64,000 nucleotides of DNA from Candidatus Saccharimonadota bacterium. GTDB taxonomy: Bacteria > Patescibacteriota > Saccharimonadia > Saccharimonadales > Saccharimonadaceae. The notes beneath the pieces are model-generated. The model had not been told where the DNA came from. It was given only the letters and a program-made list of their open reading frames with translations, and made no database searches. The position numbers and the translations under genes were made by a program. The DNA lies in contig DAOPJW010000003.1 of NCBI GenBank assembly GCA_035399865.1, positions 72,566 to 136,565 on the forward strand, in the 5' to 3' direction. Below, one piece after another: positions 11,541 to 20,757 of the stretch. The number at the start of each line of letters is the position of its first letter. The stretch's first letter is position 1.

Positions 11541-12113
11541 TTATTTGTAAAATCCGATCTCATTTAGTGTATTGTCAATTTCTTGGTAGAACTGTTCTTT
11601 TGTATTGTTGTTGATAACGTAGTGGTCGGCAATTGCAATTGGGCCACCTTTTTCAAGATTTTCAATTTCTGACCAGTCACGTTGGTCAGCTTCAACGGCA
11701 GTAAAAGGTCTTTCGGGACGATTTGCTAATCGATGATGACGTAATTTTTTTGATGCCAAGATTGCAAGAACTGATATTTCTCCAGGGAATTCGCGTTTTA
11801 TAAGTTTGTATTCTGTCCATGAGTACAGACCGTCGGCTACAATTCTATGTTGTCCAGCATCAATTAGATCATGGATTTGTTTTATTATTCTGTTTACGAC
11901 AAAATCTTTACCTTCACGTTCACGAATTTCTTCCCGAAATTTTGCCTGACTATCTGGTGTTATCTCTATTCCAGCTTCATTCATGGCTTCATAAATTACA
12001 CCTCCAAAATACACTTTTGGATAACCTTTATCTGTAATATAGTCGACAGCTGAACTTTTTCCGACACCTGACAAACCTACGAACACTACAATTTTTATAT
12101 CTTTATTAATCAT
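11541..12113 (-). CDS. P-loop nucleotide kinase-like protein (UPF0200 / dephospho-CoA-kinase-like)
   Basis: Walker A (GLSGVGKSS) and overall similarity in pattern to small archaeal/CPR-type nucleotide kinases. Substrate unknown. Confidence 0.55.
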   Translation of the reverse strand: MINKDIKIVVFVGLSGVGKSSAVDYITDKGYPKVYFGGVIYEAMNEAGIEITPDSQAKFREEIREREGKDFVVNRIIKQIHDLIDAGQHRIVADGLYSWTEYKLIKREFPGEISVLAILASKKLRHHRLANRPERPFTAVEADQRDWSEIENLEKGGPIAIADHYVINNNTKEQFYQEIDNTLNEIGFYK

Positions 12114-12158
12114 GTAGATTATTGTAGCAGAGTGATAATAACTAAACCAAAATTACAA

Positions 12159-12180
12159 ATCAGGGTCGGACCCTGATAAG
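12159..12180. repeat. REP-like hairpin, copy 1 (slightly truncated left arm)
   Basis: ATCAGGG-TCGGA-CCCTGATAAG. Intergenic, between divergent genes. Confidence 0.8.
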
Positions 12181-12242
12181 CTAAATTTAAGCTTAATTAC
12201 ATTTTAGTGTTAAGTGACATCTGATTAGGATATAATAATAGT

Positions 12243-14780
12243 ATGACAAAGCGTTTGGCGGTTATCGATGGGAAGTCAGTGTTCTATAGAGGCTATTATT
12301 CGATGCCCAGTTTGTCGTTACCTGATGGCACACCTACAGGTGGGGTTTATGGCTTTGTGAATTTAGCTATTGAACTTATTAAAAAGCTGGAGCCAGATTA
12401 TGTGGCTGTTGCTTGGGATAAGCGTCATACTAATATTCGCAAACGTAAAGAAATTTTCTCTGAATATAAGGCGGGTCGCAAACCGGCACCTGAGGATTTC
12501 TATGCCCAGATCCCAATCCTTTACGAACTACTCGAAGCTTTTGGATGGCCACTTTATGAAATTGATGACTATGAAGCTGATGATATTATGGGAGCCTTTG
12601 CTCGAGAAGCTGAGTTAAAAGGTATTGAAACTTGTTTATTGACTAGCGATCTTGACGCTTTACAGCTAATCGGCCCAATGACCAAGGTCTATGCAATTAA
12701 GAATGGCCTGTCAAATATCGAAGAATTTGACATTGATTATTTCCAGAAGAAGTATGGAATAAACGTCCATCAATTTTTAGATTATAAATCTTTAACGGGT
12801 GATTCATCTGATAATTTGCCTGGGGTGCCGGGAGTTGGAGAAAAAACTGCTTTAAAATTACTCCAAGAATATGGAACTCTTGATGAGATATATTCACATT
12901 TAGATAAATTAGATGCGAAGTTATCTTCAAAATTACAAGCAGGAAAAAAAGACGCCTATATGACCAAAGAACTGGCACGTATTTGGATTGAAGCACCCGT
13001 AAAATTGGATTGGGAGGTGGCTGATGTGAATGACACTAATCTAGAAAAAGTAGCCGAAATTCTTAAAAAATTACAATTTATATCTTTGATTAAACGTTTG
13101 CCGAAACATATGCAACTTCATAGTGCAACAAAAGAGTCGGAAAAATTACAAACAGAAATAAATCTTTTAAAAGAAGTAGAGTGGCCGAAAATATTACAAA
13201 TTAATGGCCCTGTTGTAATTTATATCGAAAATGATGAAATTTGGCTATCAACCGATAAGAAGACTATCATGCATAATAAGATTTCCGATTTGGACAGAAG
13301 TATTTGGAGAGTCTTGGAACTTGCTACGGTAATCGGATACGATATAAAAACCATATACCACCGCTTGGCTTCGTATAAAGTATTTGTACGATTTAGTGAA
13401 ATTCATGACATTAATCAGGCATCTTTCCTAATAAATCCATTAAGTCGTGACCGTTCCTTATCTGGTTTAATGGGTATTGATGTGCCAGATTTACCAAATT
13501 CACAAGTTGCATCGATTTGGCATATATATGGACAACAATTCGATTCATTTGTTGATGAACCAAAATTAGCTCACGTTGCCCGTGATCTAGATTTTCCGTT
13601 AATATACATTTTGTTTATGATGGAACATCAAGGTGTTAAAATTGATCCATCAATACTTGAAAAGATGAGCCTAGAGTTCAGTACTGAACACAAAAAACTT
13701 GAAAAAGAGATGTTTGGCTTGGTGGGATACGAGTTTAATATAGCTAGCCCTCAACAATTATCAGAGGTATTATTTACGAAATTACAGTTACCGACTGAAG
13801 GTATTAAAAAGGGAAAGACAGGTTATAGCACTGGTCAAAAAGAACTGGACAAGCTTCGTGGTCAACATCCGATAATTGAACTAATAGAAGCTACTCGAGA
13901 GCTTGCGAAACTACAAAACACCTATGTTGATGCTTTGCCTAAATTGGTTGATTCTAATAATCGTATTCATACCACTTTCAATCAAGATACGACTAGCACT
14001 GGACGCCTTAGTAGCACGAATCCTAATTTACAAAATATTCCGATAAGGACTGATTTGGGACGTCGAATTCGTGAAGCTTTTATTCCTGAAGAGGGAAATA
14101 TTCTTGTTAGTGCCGATTATTCCCAATTCGAATTGCGTCTTGCAGCTATTTTGGCTGGTGATCAAGAACTTATTAATGATTTCAATACTGATATTGATAT
14201 TCATACCAAAACTGCCAGCGAGGTTTATGGCATTCCAATGCAGGAGGTTACCAAGAATCAGCGACGTAATGCCAAAATAATAAACTTCGGTATTCTTTAC
14301 GGCATGAGTCCACACGGTTTAAGTGCTGCTACTAATATGAGTTTTTCAGAAGCTAAAAAATTTATTGATCAATATTTTGAACTGCGAAAACCAATCCATA
14401 ATTATATAAAAAATATTTTAGAACAGGCACGTACCAAAGGTTATGTTGAGACATATTTCGGAAGACGTCGTCCAACACCTGATGTTCTGAGTAGTAATTT
14501 TATTGTTCGTTCTGCAGCTGAACGTGCTGCTGGTAATATGCCAATCCAAGGTACTGAAGCCGATTTGATGAAAATGGCAATGATAGAAGTCGATAAAAAA
14601 ATGGATGGCTTGGGTCAGCAAATTTTGCAAATACACGACAGTATATTAGTAGAATGTCCAAAAGAAAATGCTAAAAAGGTGGCTAAAATTTTGGATAGTA
14701 CGATGGAAAATATCGCACCTCAACTAGGCATCAAATTAAAAGTCGATGTGAAAATTGGTAATAACTGGAGTGAACTGTAA
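12243..14780 (+). CDS. polA: DNA polymerase I
   Basis: 5'-nuclease domain, a central domain, and Pol A motifs ([31 protein letters not shown]). TATAAT lies 6 nt before the ATG. Confidence 0.95.
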   Translation: MTKRLAVIDGKSVFYRGYYSMPSLSLPDGTPTGGVYGFVNLAIELIKKLEPDYVAVAWDKRHTNIRKRKEIFSEYKAGRKPAPEDFYAQIPILYELLEAFGWPLYEIDDYEADDIMGAFAREAELKGIETCLLTSDLDALQLIGPMTKVYAIKNGLSNIEEFDIDYFQKKYGINVHQFLDYKSLTGDSSDNLPGVPGVGEKTALKLLQEYGTLDEIYSHLDKLDAKLSSKLQAGKKDAYMTKELARIWIEAPVKLDWEVADVNDTNLEKVAEILKKLQFISLIKRLPKHMQLHSATKESEKLQTEINLLKEVEWPKILQINGPVVIYIENDEIWLSTDKKTIMHNKISDLDRSIWRVLELATVIGYDIKTIYHRLASYKVFVRFSEIHDINQASFLINPLSRDRSLSGLMGIDVPDLPNSQVASIWHIYGQQFDSFVDEPKLAHVARDLDFPLIYILFMMEHQGVKIDPSILEKMSLEFSTEHKKLEKEMFGLVGYEFNIASPQQLSEVLFTKLQLPTEGIKKGKTGYSTGQKELDKLRGQHPIIELIEATRELAKLQNTYVDALPKLVDSNNRIHTTFNQDTTSTGRLSSTNPNLQNIPIRTDLGRRIREAFIPEEGNILVSADYSQFELRLAAILAGDQELINDFNTDIDIHTKTASEVYGIPMQEVTKNQRRNAKIINFGILYGMSPHGLSAATNMSFSEAKKFIDQYFELRKPIHNYIKNILEQARTKGYVETYFGRRRPTPDVLSSNFIVRSAAERAAGNMPIQGTEADLMKMAMIEVDKKMDGLGQQILQIHDSILVECPKENAKKVAKILDSTMENIAPQLGIKLKVDVKIGNNWSEL

Positions 14781-15238
14781 TGAAAGCAAAAGTGCCACAA
14801 GATTTATCTGTAAAAATTGTAAAATTAAAAAAAGATGCTGTTATTCCCGAATACCAAACAAATCTTTCTGCAGGAATGGATTTGCATGCCTGTATTGATA
14901 GCCCGATAGTCCTTAAGCAACTCGAGAGAGTTTTGATACCGACAGGTTTGTCAATTGAATTACCAGCTGGCTATGAAGCTCAAATAAGGGCACGGAGTGG
15001 TTTGTCATTTAAATACGGTATTACGATGGTAAATGGTGTTGGGACTATTGATGCCGATTATAGGGGTGAGGTAGGCGTTTTATTGATAAATCTCGGAAAA
15101 GAACCCTTCACAGTTGAGGTTGGTATGCGCATAGCACAAATGATTATTGCAAAATATGAACATGTAACTTGGCAAAATGTCGATGATTTGATAGAAACTG
15201 AACGTGGCAAGGGTGGCTGGGGTAGTACTGGAACTTAG
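14780..15238 (+). CDS. dut: dUTP diphosphatase
   Basis: Trimeric dUTPase motifs ([31 protein letters not shown]). Its start overlaps the polA stop (TAATG). Confidence 0.9.
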   Translation: MKAKVPQDLSVKIVKLKKDAVIPEYQTNLSAGMDLHACIDSPIVLKQLERVLIPTGLSIELPAGYEAQIRARSGLSFKYGITMVNGVGTIDADYRGEVGVLLINLGKEPFTVEVGMRIAQMIIAKYEHVTWQNVDDLIETERGKGGWGSTGT

Positions 15239-15260
15239 TCTTTCAGAAGTGTTACGTGTA

Positions 15261-15289
15261 TTGACTAATCAGACAAATAATACTATAAT
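15261..15289 (+). promoter_or_regulatory. sigma-70-type promoter TTGACT-17-TATAAT, 8 nt upstream of ATG 15298
   Basis: Hexamers read directly at 15261-15266 and 15284-15289 with a 17-nt spacer. Confidence 0.6.
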
Positions 15290-15297
15290 TATAACAA

Positions 15298-15894
15298 ATG
15301 ACAGGCTATAAAACATCAAGAGTTTTGACGGTGGCTTTATCTCTTATAATACTTGCGATAGCGATTGCAGCTGTTATATCTTTTGGACGTATTTTTTTCT
15401 TTACTAGTAATATGTCCAACTCTGATATTGAAAAAAGCAAAGATGCTCTTTTAAGTACATCAGCTGATAGGGCAATTGTCATGAAAGTTCGTGGAAAAAT
15501 TGTTGCCGATGAAGATTTTCGATCTTATCAAATTAATATTTCTCCAACTTTACGTACCATGACGACTTATAAAGGTTATCTTGGTGACACCATCGATTAT
15601 ATTAGTCTAAATAATAATATTCCTGCTTATGAACAATTTGTTTATGCATTATACAATGCAAATATTCTGAAGATTGTTGAACTAGTAGGCGAGGAACAGA
15701 ATATCAATGGTGTTTGTGCGAACGGTCGACTTTATGAATTTACATTAATAAAAGATGAAAGACCAGTTAAAACGCTATGGACAACAACCTGTTCAAACGT
15801 TCAGGGATCTTTGGATTTAAAACCTTCTCAAATTAGTGACTTATTTGAAAAACAAATTCCAAACTCCGATGACTATATTAAAGATTTGTGGTAA
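15298..15894 (+). CDS. hypothetical membrane-anchored protein
   Basis: A 198-aa ORF with an N-terminal TM helix. No family recognised. Confidence 0.5.
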   Translation: MTGYKTSRVLTVALSLIILAIAIAAVISFGRIFFFTSNMSNSDIEKSKDALLSTSADRAIVMKVRGKIVADEDFRSYQINISPTLRTMTTYKGYLGDTIDYISLNNNIPAYEQFVYALYNANILKIVELVGEEQNINGVCANGRLYEFTLIKDERPVKTLWTTTCSNVQGSLDLKPSQISDLFEKQIPNSDDYIKDLW

Positions 15895-15905
15895 TTTAAT
15901 ATCTA

Positions 15906-16808
15906 ATGCCTGAACTTCCTGAAGTAGAAACAGTCAAACGAGGTCTTCATAAATTAATTATTAGCAAACAGATTAAATCAGTTACTTTTGACAACCAAAA
16001 AAGCTTTCCAAATTCCTCATCAGATATTGAGGAGTTTTTAATAGGTAGTAAAATAACTAACGTTAGACGTCGTGCCAAAGTCTTGATGATTGATTTATCT
16101 TCAAAATATACGCTCGTCATTCATCTTAAAATGACTGGACAGTTGGTTTTTGTAAACTATTCAAAACCCTCAGTCACAGCAAACTCTGTTCGCTTCGGAG
16201 GGGGGCATCCGACGGACAGTTTAGTAGATAATTTGCCAGATAAATCGACTCGTGTGACCATTACTTTTAAAGACGATTCGCATCTATTCTTTAATGATCA
16301 ACGTAAATTTGGGTGGATAAGATTAATGCCAACATTGGAAGTACCAAATATTGATTTCATGAAACGTGTTGGCCCTGAACCACTCGAAGTGGATTTTACT
16401 CCTGAAGAATTCATAGAAAGGTTTAAACGTCGACCTAATACAACAATAAAATCAGCATTACTCGATCAGTCAGTGATAGCGGGAGTTGGTAATATATATG
16501 CCGATGAATCACTATGGGGTGCGAGTATACATCCTAAACGACTGATGAATAGTCTTACGAGAACAGAATTAAATAAACTCTATAAAGAAGTGCGTTACGT
16601 TATGAATTTTTCTATTGAGAAAGGCGGCAGTACGAATCGTAATTATGTCAATGCCGAAGGAAAAAAGGGAAGTTATATGGATTTTGCCCGTGTTTTTCGA
16701 AGAGAAGGATTAAATTGCCCACGTTGTAATAGTGAAATTATAAAAATAAAAGTTGCCAGCCGTGGTACACACATATGTCCAAATTGTCAAAAATATCCTA
16801 ATATCTAG
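15906..16808 (+). CDS. mutM: formamidopyrimidine-DNA glycosylase
   Basis: N-terminal PELPEVE catalytic motif, H2TH region (LLDQSVIAGVGNIYADE) and a C-terminal CPRC...CPNC zinc finger. Confidence 0.9.
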   Translation: MPELPEVETVKRGLHKLIISKQIKSVTFDNQKSFPNSSSDIEEFLIGSKITNVRRRAKVLMIDLSSKYTLVIHLKMTGQLVFVNYSKPSVTANSVRFGGGHPTDSLVDNLPDKSTRVTITFKDDSHLFFNDQRKFGWIRLMPTLEVPNIDFMKRVGPEPLEVDFTPEEFIERFKRRPNTTIKSALLDQSVIAGVGNIYADESLWGASIHPKRLMNSLTRTELNKLYKEVRYVMNFSIEKGGSTNRNYVNAEGKKGSYMDFARVFRREGLNCPRCNSEIIKIKVASRGTHICPNCQKYPNI

Positions 16809-16852
16809 ACAATCCTATTTTTTCAAAAAAATAAAAAATAACTTAAAATAAA

Positions 16853-16877
16853 CTTATCAGGGTCGGACCCTGATAAG
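16853..16877. repeat. REP-like hairpin, copy 2
   Basis: CTTATCAGGG-TCGGA-CCCTGATAAG (10-bp stem, 5-nt loop), 68 nt upstream of the RAYT-like gene. Confidence 0.85.
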
Positions 16878-16944
16878 TAAAAAATAAGCAAAAATTAATG
16901 TAATAAAGCTTGTTAAATAATTAATATATGCTTAAAATAAACAT

Positions 16945-17547
16945 ATGCCAAATAAAAATATCGTAAAAATTTACGATGTTGATAATTATTATCATGTGTA
17001 TAATCGTGGGGTAGAAAAGCGTCAAATATTTCTTGATGATCAAGATTACGCTGTATTTATTAACTTATTAAAAAGACACTTGGATAGTAAACCTTATATA
17101 GGTAGCTTAGGTCGGGAATATGCTTGGTTGTCAGGTCAGGTAGAAGTTGTTGCTTTTTGTTTAATGCCTAACCATTTTCATTTATTGTTATTTCAAAACG
17201 AACTGAACGGAGTGACTAGACTAATGCGGGCAATTTGTTCTTCGTACGTTACATATTTTAATGAAAAATATGGTCGTGTAGGTACGTTGTTTCAGGGTAA
17301 ATTTAAAGCAAAAAAAGCTAAAAATGATGAATATTTATTGCATTTGACTAGATATATCCACCGCAATCCGAATAATTTTTTAAATTATGAATGGTCAAGT
17401 TTGGATTATTGGCTTAAAAACAAAAATGCCGATTGGATTTGCCCGAATCGATTAAATGATATGGCGATAGGTGAGTATTTGAAATTTATTGCGGACGATA
17501 ACGACTATAGGCTGTCAAATGAAAAAATAACTTACATGAAATTTTAG
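16945..17547 (+). CDS. REP-associated tyrosine transposase-like protein (RAYT; IS200/IS605 TnpA-type HUH Y1 enzyme)
   Basis: YHVYNRG N-terminus, HUH motif (PNHFHLLL) and catalytic-Tyr motif (TRYIHRNP). The gene is bracketed by copies of the same GC-cored hairpin. Confidence 0.8.
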   Translation: MPNKNIVKIYDVDNYYHVYNRGVEKRQIFLDDQDYAVFINLLKRHLDSKPYIGSLGREYAWLSGQVEVVAFCLMPNHFHLLLFQNELNGVTRLMRAICSSYVTYFNEKYGRVGTLFQGKFKAKKAKNDEYLLHLTRYIHRNPNNFLNYEWSSLDYWLKNKNADWICPNRLNDMAIGEYLKFIADDNDYRLSNEKITYMKF

Positions 17548-17658
17548 AAAACATTGTATTGTTTACAGAACATCTTTAATTTTTAAAAATTAAAATAATG
17601 TCAAAATTAAATATCGATATAATGTAATACACTATACTGTAAAAAAGCTTAATTTTAG

Positions 17659-17683
17659 CTTATCAGGGTCGGACCCTGATAAG
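17659..17683. repeat. REP-like hairpin, copy 3
   Basis: CTTATCAGGG-TCGGA-CCCTGATAAG, 112 nt downstream of the RAYT-like gene. Confidence 0.85.
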
Positions 17684-17912
17684 TATAATTTAATTTAAAA
17701 TTAAGATAATTAAGAAATGAACTAAAGATTCGTTAGTTTTAAAAGTATTTTTCTTAGGTCAAATAAACGTAGAGTAGTGGTATTATTTTTCAATATCACA
17801 ATATCCTAATTTTTTAATTTGTCTAGGATTATTGAAAACTTGTGATTATCAGTAAATCCCAAAAAATAAAAAACGCGTAAAAGTTTAAACATTGAACAAA
17901 GATTGAAAATAA

Positions 17913-17959
17913 CTTAAAAATAGCTTATCAGGGTCGGACCCTGATAAGCTATTTTTAAG
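17913..17959. repeat. REP-like hairpin, copy 4, extended to a 47-nt perfect palindrome
   Basis: CTTAAAAATAGCTTATCAGGG-TCGGA-CCCTGATAAGCTATTTTTAAG (21-bp arms). Confidence 0.85.
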
Positions 17960-17994
17960 GTTTTGGGTTGGGGATATGAAGGTCTTGAATTTAA

Positions 17995-18022
17995 GATTGA
18001 GGATTGAGAATTGAGAATTGAG
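17995..18022 (+). repeat. tandem heptamer repeat (GATTGAG x2, AATTGAG x2) inside a C-depleted G/T-rich tract
   Basis: Read directly. Degenerate related heptamers continue to about 18090. Confidence 0.7.
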
Positions 18023-18159
18023 AGTAGTATTAGGCGGTTGTAGGATCATAAGATTGTAGAGTTGATAAGTTGGAGCTAGGAGTGAGGCAATTGGATTAGT
18101 TTATTAAGCTCTGGGTGGTTATGGTGGATATGGACGGAGGGTGGGATATAATGGAGGTG

Positions 18160-19089
18160 ATGATTACTTTATTGACTGGGGAGAATTCGTTTGAAATTGA
18201 GCGAGCGATTGTTGAAATTATCGCTTCGTCGCATGGCGAATTTGATGGTATTGTTGAAAAATTTGACGGTAGTGAGATTTCACTCAATAAGCTACCAGAT
18301 ATTTTGATGGGGATTAGTTTGTTCGCTAATAAACGCTTGGTAATTATCCGTGGACTTAGCCAAAATAAAAGCATATGGCCGTTATTTGGTAATTGGATAG
18401 ATAGAATTTTTGATGATATACATTTAGTGTTAGTCGAATCAAAATTAGATAAACGAACTTCGACATATAAAACTATCGCTAAATTACCGTCAAATAAAGC
18501 AGTTGTACGTGAATTTCAAGTTTGGTCGGAACGTGATGTATTTCGTGCTGAAAAATGGGTGAGTGAAGAGGCGGCTAGACTTGGTCTAAAAATAGACAGA
18601 AAGGCTATCCAGGCGTTAGTAGATCGCATTGGTATTAATCAGTGGCAACTGAACAATGCTATAGAAAAATTATTGCTTTATGGCGATAGCTCGGTCGAGG
18701 CTGTAAACGAAATTATTGATGCTAATCCTAATGAAAACGTATTCATGCTATTAGAAACTGCCATAAATGGTGATAGTAAGGGTGTTAAAAGAATGCTTAG
18801 AAATCTAAAATTTAGCGATGATCCTTTTCGCTTGTCAGCACTGTTATTTTCTCAAGGTTTTCAATTAGCAACAGTTGTATTTGCCTCAAAAAATGACAAC
18901 GTGGCGAAAGATTTTGGTATACACCCTTATGTTTTGTCGAAACTAACTAAAATTGCCAAAAAAATCAGCAAAAAAGACGTGTCGCAAATAATTCATATCT
19001 TCGCCGAAGCCGATGATGCTATGAAAATCTCCAAAACCGACCCTTGGACATTAATCGAACGTGCCCTCCAGAAAATCGCGAATATGTAG
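18160..19089 (+). CDS. holA: DNA polymerase III delta subunit
   Basis: The N-terminus (LLTGENSFEIERA) and length are typical of HolA. The ORF opens at 18115, but ATG 18151 or 18160 (GGAGG upstream) is the more likely start. Confidence 0.7.
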   Translation: MITLLTGENSFEIERAIVEIIASSHGEFDGIVEKFDGSEISLNKLPDILMGISLFANKRLVIIRGLSQNKSIWPLFGNWIDRIFDDIHLVLVESKLDKRTSTYKTIAKLPSNKAVVREFQVWSERDVFRAEKWVSEEAARLGLKIDRKAIQALVDRIGINQWQLNNAIEKLLLYGDSSVEAVNEIIDANPNENVFMLLETAINGDSKGVKRMLRNLKFSDDPFRLSALLFSQGFQLATVVFASKNDNVAKDFGIHPYVLSKLTKIAKKISKKDVSQIIHIFAEADDAMKISKTDPWTLIERALQKIANM

Positions 19090-19228
19090 ACTCAGTGAAA
19101 TCTGAGCTATAATGATACTTATGAAGCGATTTTATTTGTATAAAAGATAAACCGAGAAAAAACTTCACTTATTCTATAAAGAATAATATGTATAATAATT
19201 CAATTACTAGGATAGAAGGAAAACCGAT

Positions 19229-19753
19229 TTGAACTCATCAATATCAACTATCATCGCATTAGCAATTATAATAATCGTATCTGATTATTATTTTAAAATT
19301 CAGAGGGCTAAGAATAAAGTAAAAGAAGAGGATTATAAGAAAACTCTAAAATATAATTACAAACGTAAGCAATTCTACATGACAAAATCTGAAAATGATT
19401 TTTATCAAAGATTGGTCAGAATTTTTGGCGACAAATATTTTATTTTTCCGCAAGTTTGCCTTGCGACAATCTTAGATGAAAAAGTCAACGACCATAAAGA
19501 CCATTGGGCTGCTCGAAACGTGATTAATCGAAAATCGGTGGATTATCTAATTTGTGATAAAACATATATTAATCCATTGGTTGCGATTGAGCTAGATGAT
19601 TGGAGCCATGATAGAGATAATCGCAAAGAACGCGATAGTTTAGTGGAAAAAATTTTTATAAAAGCGAATATGCCACTCGTAAGATATAGAGATGTTCGTC
19701 AAATGCAAGACAATGAAATAGTGCAAAAAATCGAACAATACATTAATACATGA
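19229..19753 (+). CDS. membrane-anchored DUF2726-like (restriction-endonuclease-fold) protein
   Basis: N-terminal TM helix, then a pattern typical of DUF2726 (E..FY..L......Y.IFPQV, VDYLICD, VAIELDD.SH...R..RD). Confidence 0.6.
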   Translation: MNSSISTIIALAIIIIVSDYYFKIQRAKNKVKEEDYKKTLKYNYKRKQFYMTKSENDFYQRLVRIFGDKYFIFPQVCLATILDEKVNDHKDHWAARNVINRKSVDYLICDKTYINPLVAIELDDWSHDRDNRKERDSLVEKIFIKANMPLVRYRDVRQMQDNEIVQKIEQYINT

Positions 19754-19980
19754 AAATCCACATCCACATCAAACCAAACAGTAAAAAAGGTCCTAAGATT
19801 GAAGAAAAGGCTGACGAGCTGGTTGTTCATGTCCGAGAAGTTGCAATGGGCGGACAGGCGAATGAAGCTTTGGTTAAATTGTTATCTAATTACTATGACG
19901 TGCCTAAATCGAAGATTAAAATTATTCGTGGTCATACTAGTCGCCACAAGATTGTTGAAATCGAAAATGGTAAAATATAA
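19750..19980 (+). CDS. DUF167 / YggU-family protein
   Basis: A 76-aa ORF collinear with YggU (KPNSKK...GGQANEALVKLL......KSKIKIIRGHTSRHKIVEI). ATGA overlap with the upstream gene. Confidence 0.7.
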   Translation: MKIHIHIKPNSKKGPKIEEKADELVVHVREVAMGGQANEALVKLLSNYYDVPKSKIKIIRGHTSRHKIVEIENGKI

Positions 19981-19992
19981 GTAGGAGGACTT

Positions 19993-20226
19993 ATGGACAA
20001 AGAACTCAGTGAAAAGCAAAAAGAAAAGAGATATTTGGCAAAAAGAGGACGCGATTGTTATCCGTCAGGAGGTGGCGATGCGGTCTATGGCTTGGGCTTA
20101 ATAGGGGCGTTGATTTATTTTATCAGTAACGCCACAACTTTTTGGATGGGTGTATTGGGGATTTTAAAAGCTCTCGTCTGGCCAGCCTTTGTGGTTTACG
20201 AAGTTTTAAAATTTTTTATTAAATAA
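19993..20226 (+). CDS. small membrane protein (two predicted TM helices)
   Basis: A 77-aa ORF with GGAGG upstream and a hydrophobic C-terminal two thirds. Confidence 0.5.
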   Translation: MDKELSEKQKEKRYLAKRGRDCYPSGGGDAVYGLGLIGALIYFISNATTFWMGVLGILKALVWPAFVVYEVLKFFIK

Positions 20227-20241
20227 AGCGGAGGTAAAAAT

Positions 20242-20712
20242 ATGAAAAATGAAGAGTGTTGCCCAAGATTCAATCCAGGGCCGTGGAATAATAAAGAATT
20301 TGAATGGCATAATAAGAAGTTTGTTAAAACGAGCGTTAAGACGGCATTTTTTGTTCCCTTGAATTTTGGATCGGTTATGAAAATGGTAGATGCCAAAGTC
20401 CGAAAGGCTGGTGCAAATTTTGTCGACAATATAGGACTATCGGAGCATACTTCGAAATGGAATATGAATTTGTACTCTGCTGTTGATAGAGAAGTTGAAG
20501 GCCTTGAAAATATTACCATTTCTGGTAAATTTTATTCCAAAGTTTACGAAGGTGATTTTAAAGAAACTGGTAACTGGGCTAAGGATTTTGAAAAAACTTT
20601 GGCTGAAAAGAATATTAAAACAAAAAAGCTGTATATGTGGTATACGACCTGTCCAAAGTGTGCTAAAAAATATGGCGAGAACTACACAGTTTTTGTGGGA
20701 CAAATTGAATAA
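20242..20712 (+). CDS. conserved hypothetical protein (N-terminal CCP, C-terminal CPKC)
   Basis: A 156-aa ORF with GGAGG upstream. The pattern CCPRFNP.PW....F.W..K.F ... YTTCPKCAKKYG.NY looks like a conserved family I cannot name. Confidence 0.5.
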   Translation: MKNEECCPRFNPGPWNNKEFEWHNKKFVKTSVKTAFFVPLNFGSVMKMVDAKVRKAGANFVDNIGLSEHTSKWNMNLYSAVDREVEGLENITISGKFYSKVYEGDFKETGNWAKDFEKTLAEKNIKTKKLYMWYTTCPKCAKKYGENYTVFVGQIE

Positions 20713-20757
20713 AAATACCCCGCCTATGAGGCGAGATATTTAATTGATAGAACGAAA

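Noticed and set aside
17995-18090. Short tandem repeats, checked as a possible CRISPR array or iteron-type origin.
   Set aside because: The repeat unit is only 7 bp with no spacers, so it is not CRISPR. No dnaA/rep gene or DnaA-box cluster is nearby to support an origin. It is kept only as an unexplained microsatellite.
19112-19163. A TATAAT box followed 7 nt later by a 9-codon mini-ORF (MKRFYLYKR) downstream of holA.
   Set aside because: It is too short to evaluate and has no -35 element or conservation evidence. It is probably chance in AT-rich DNA.
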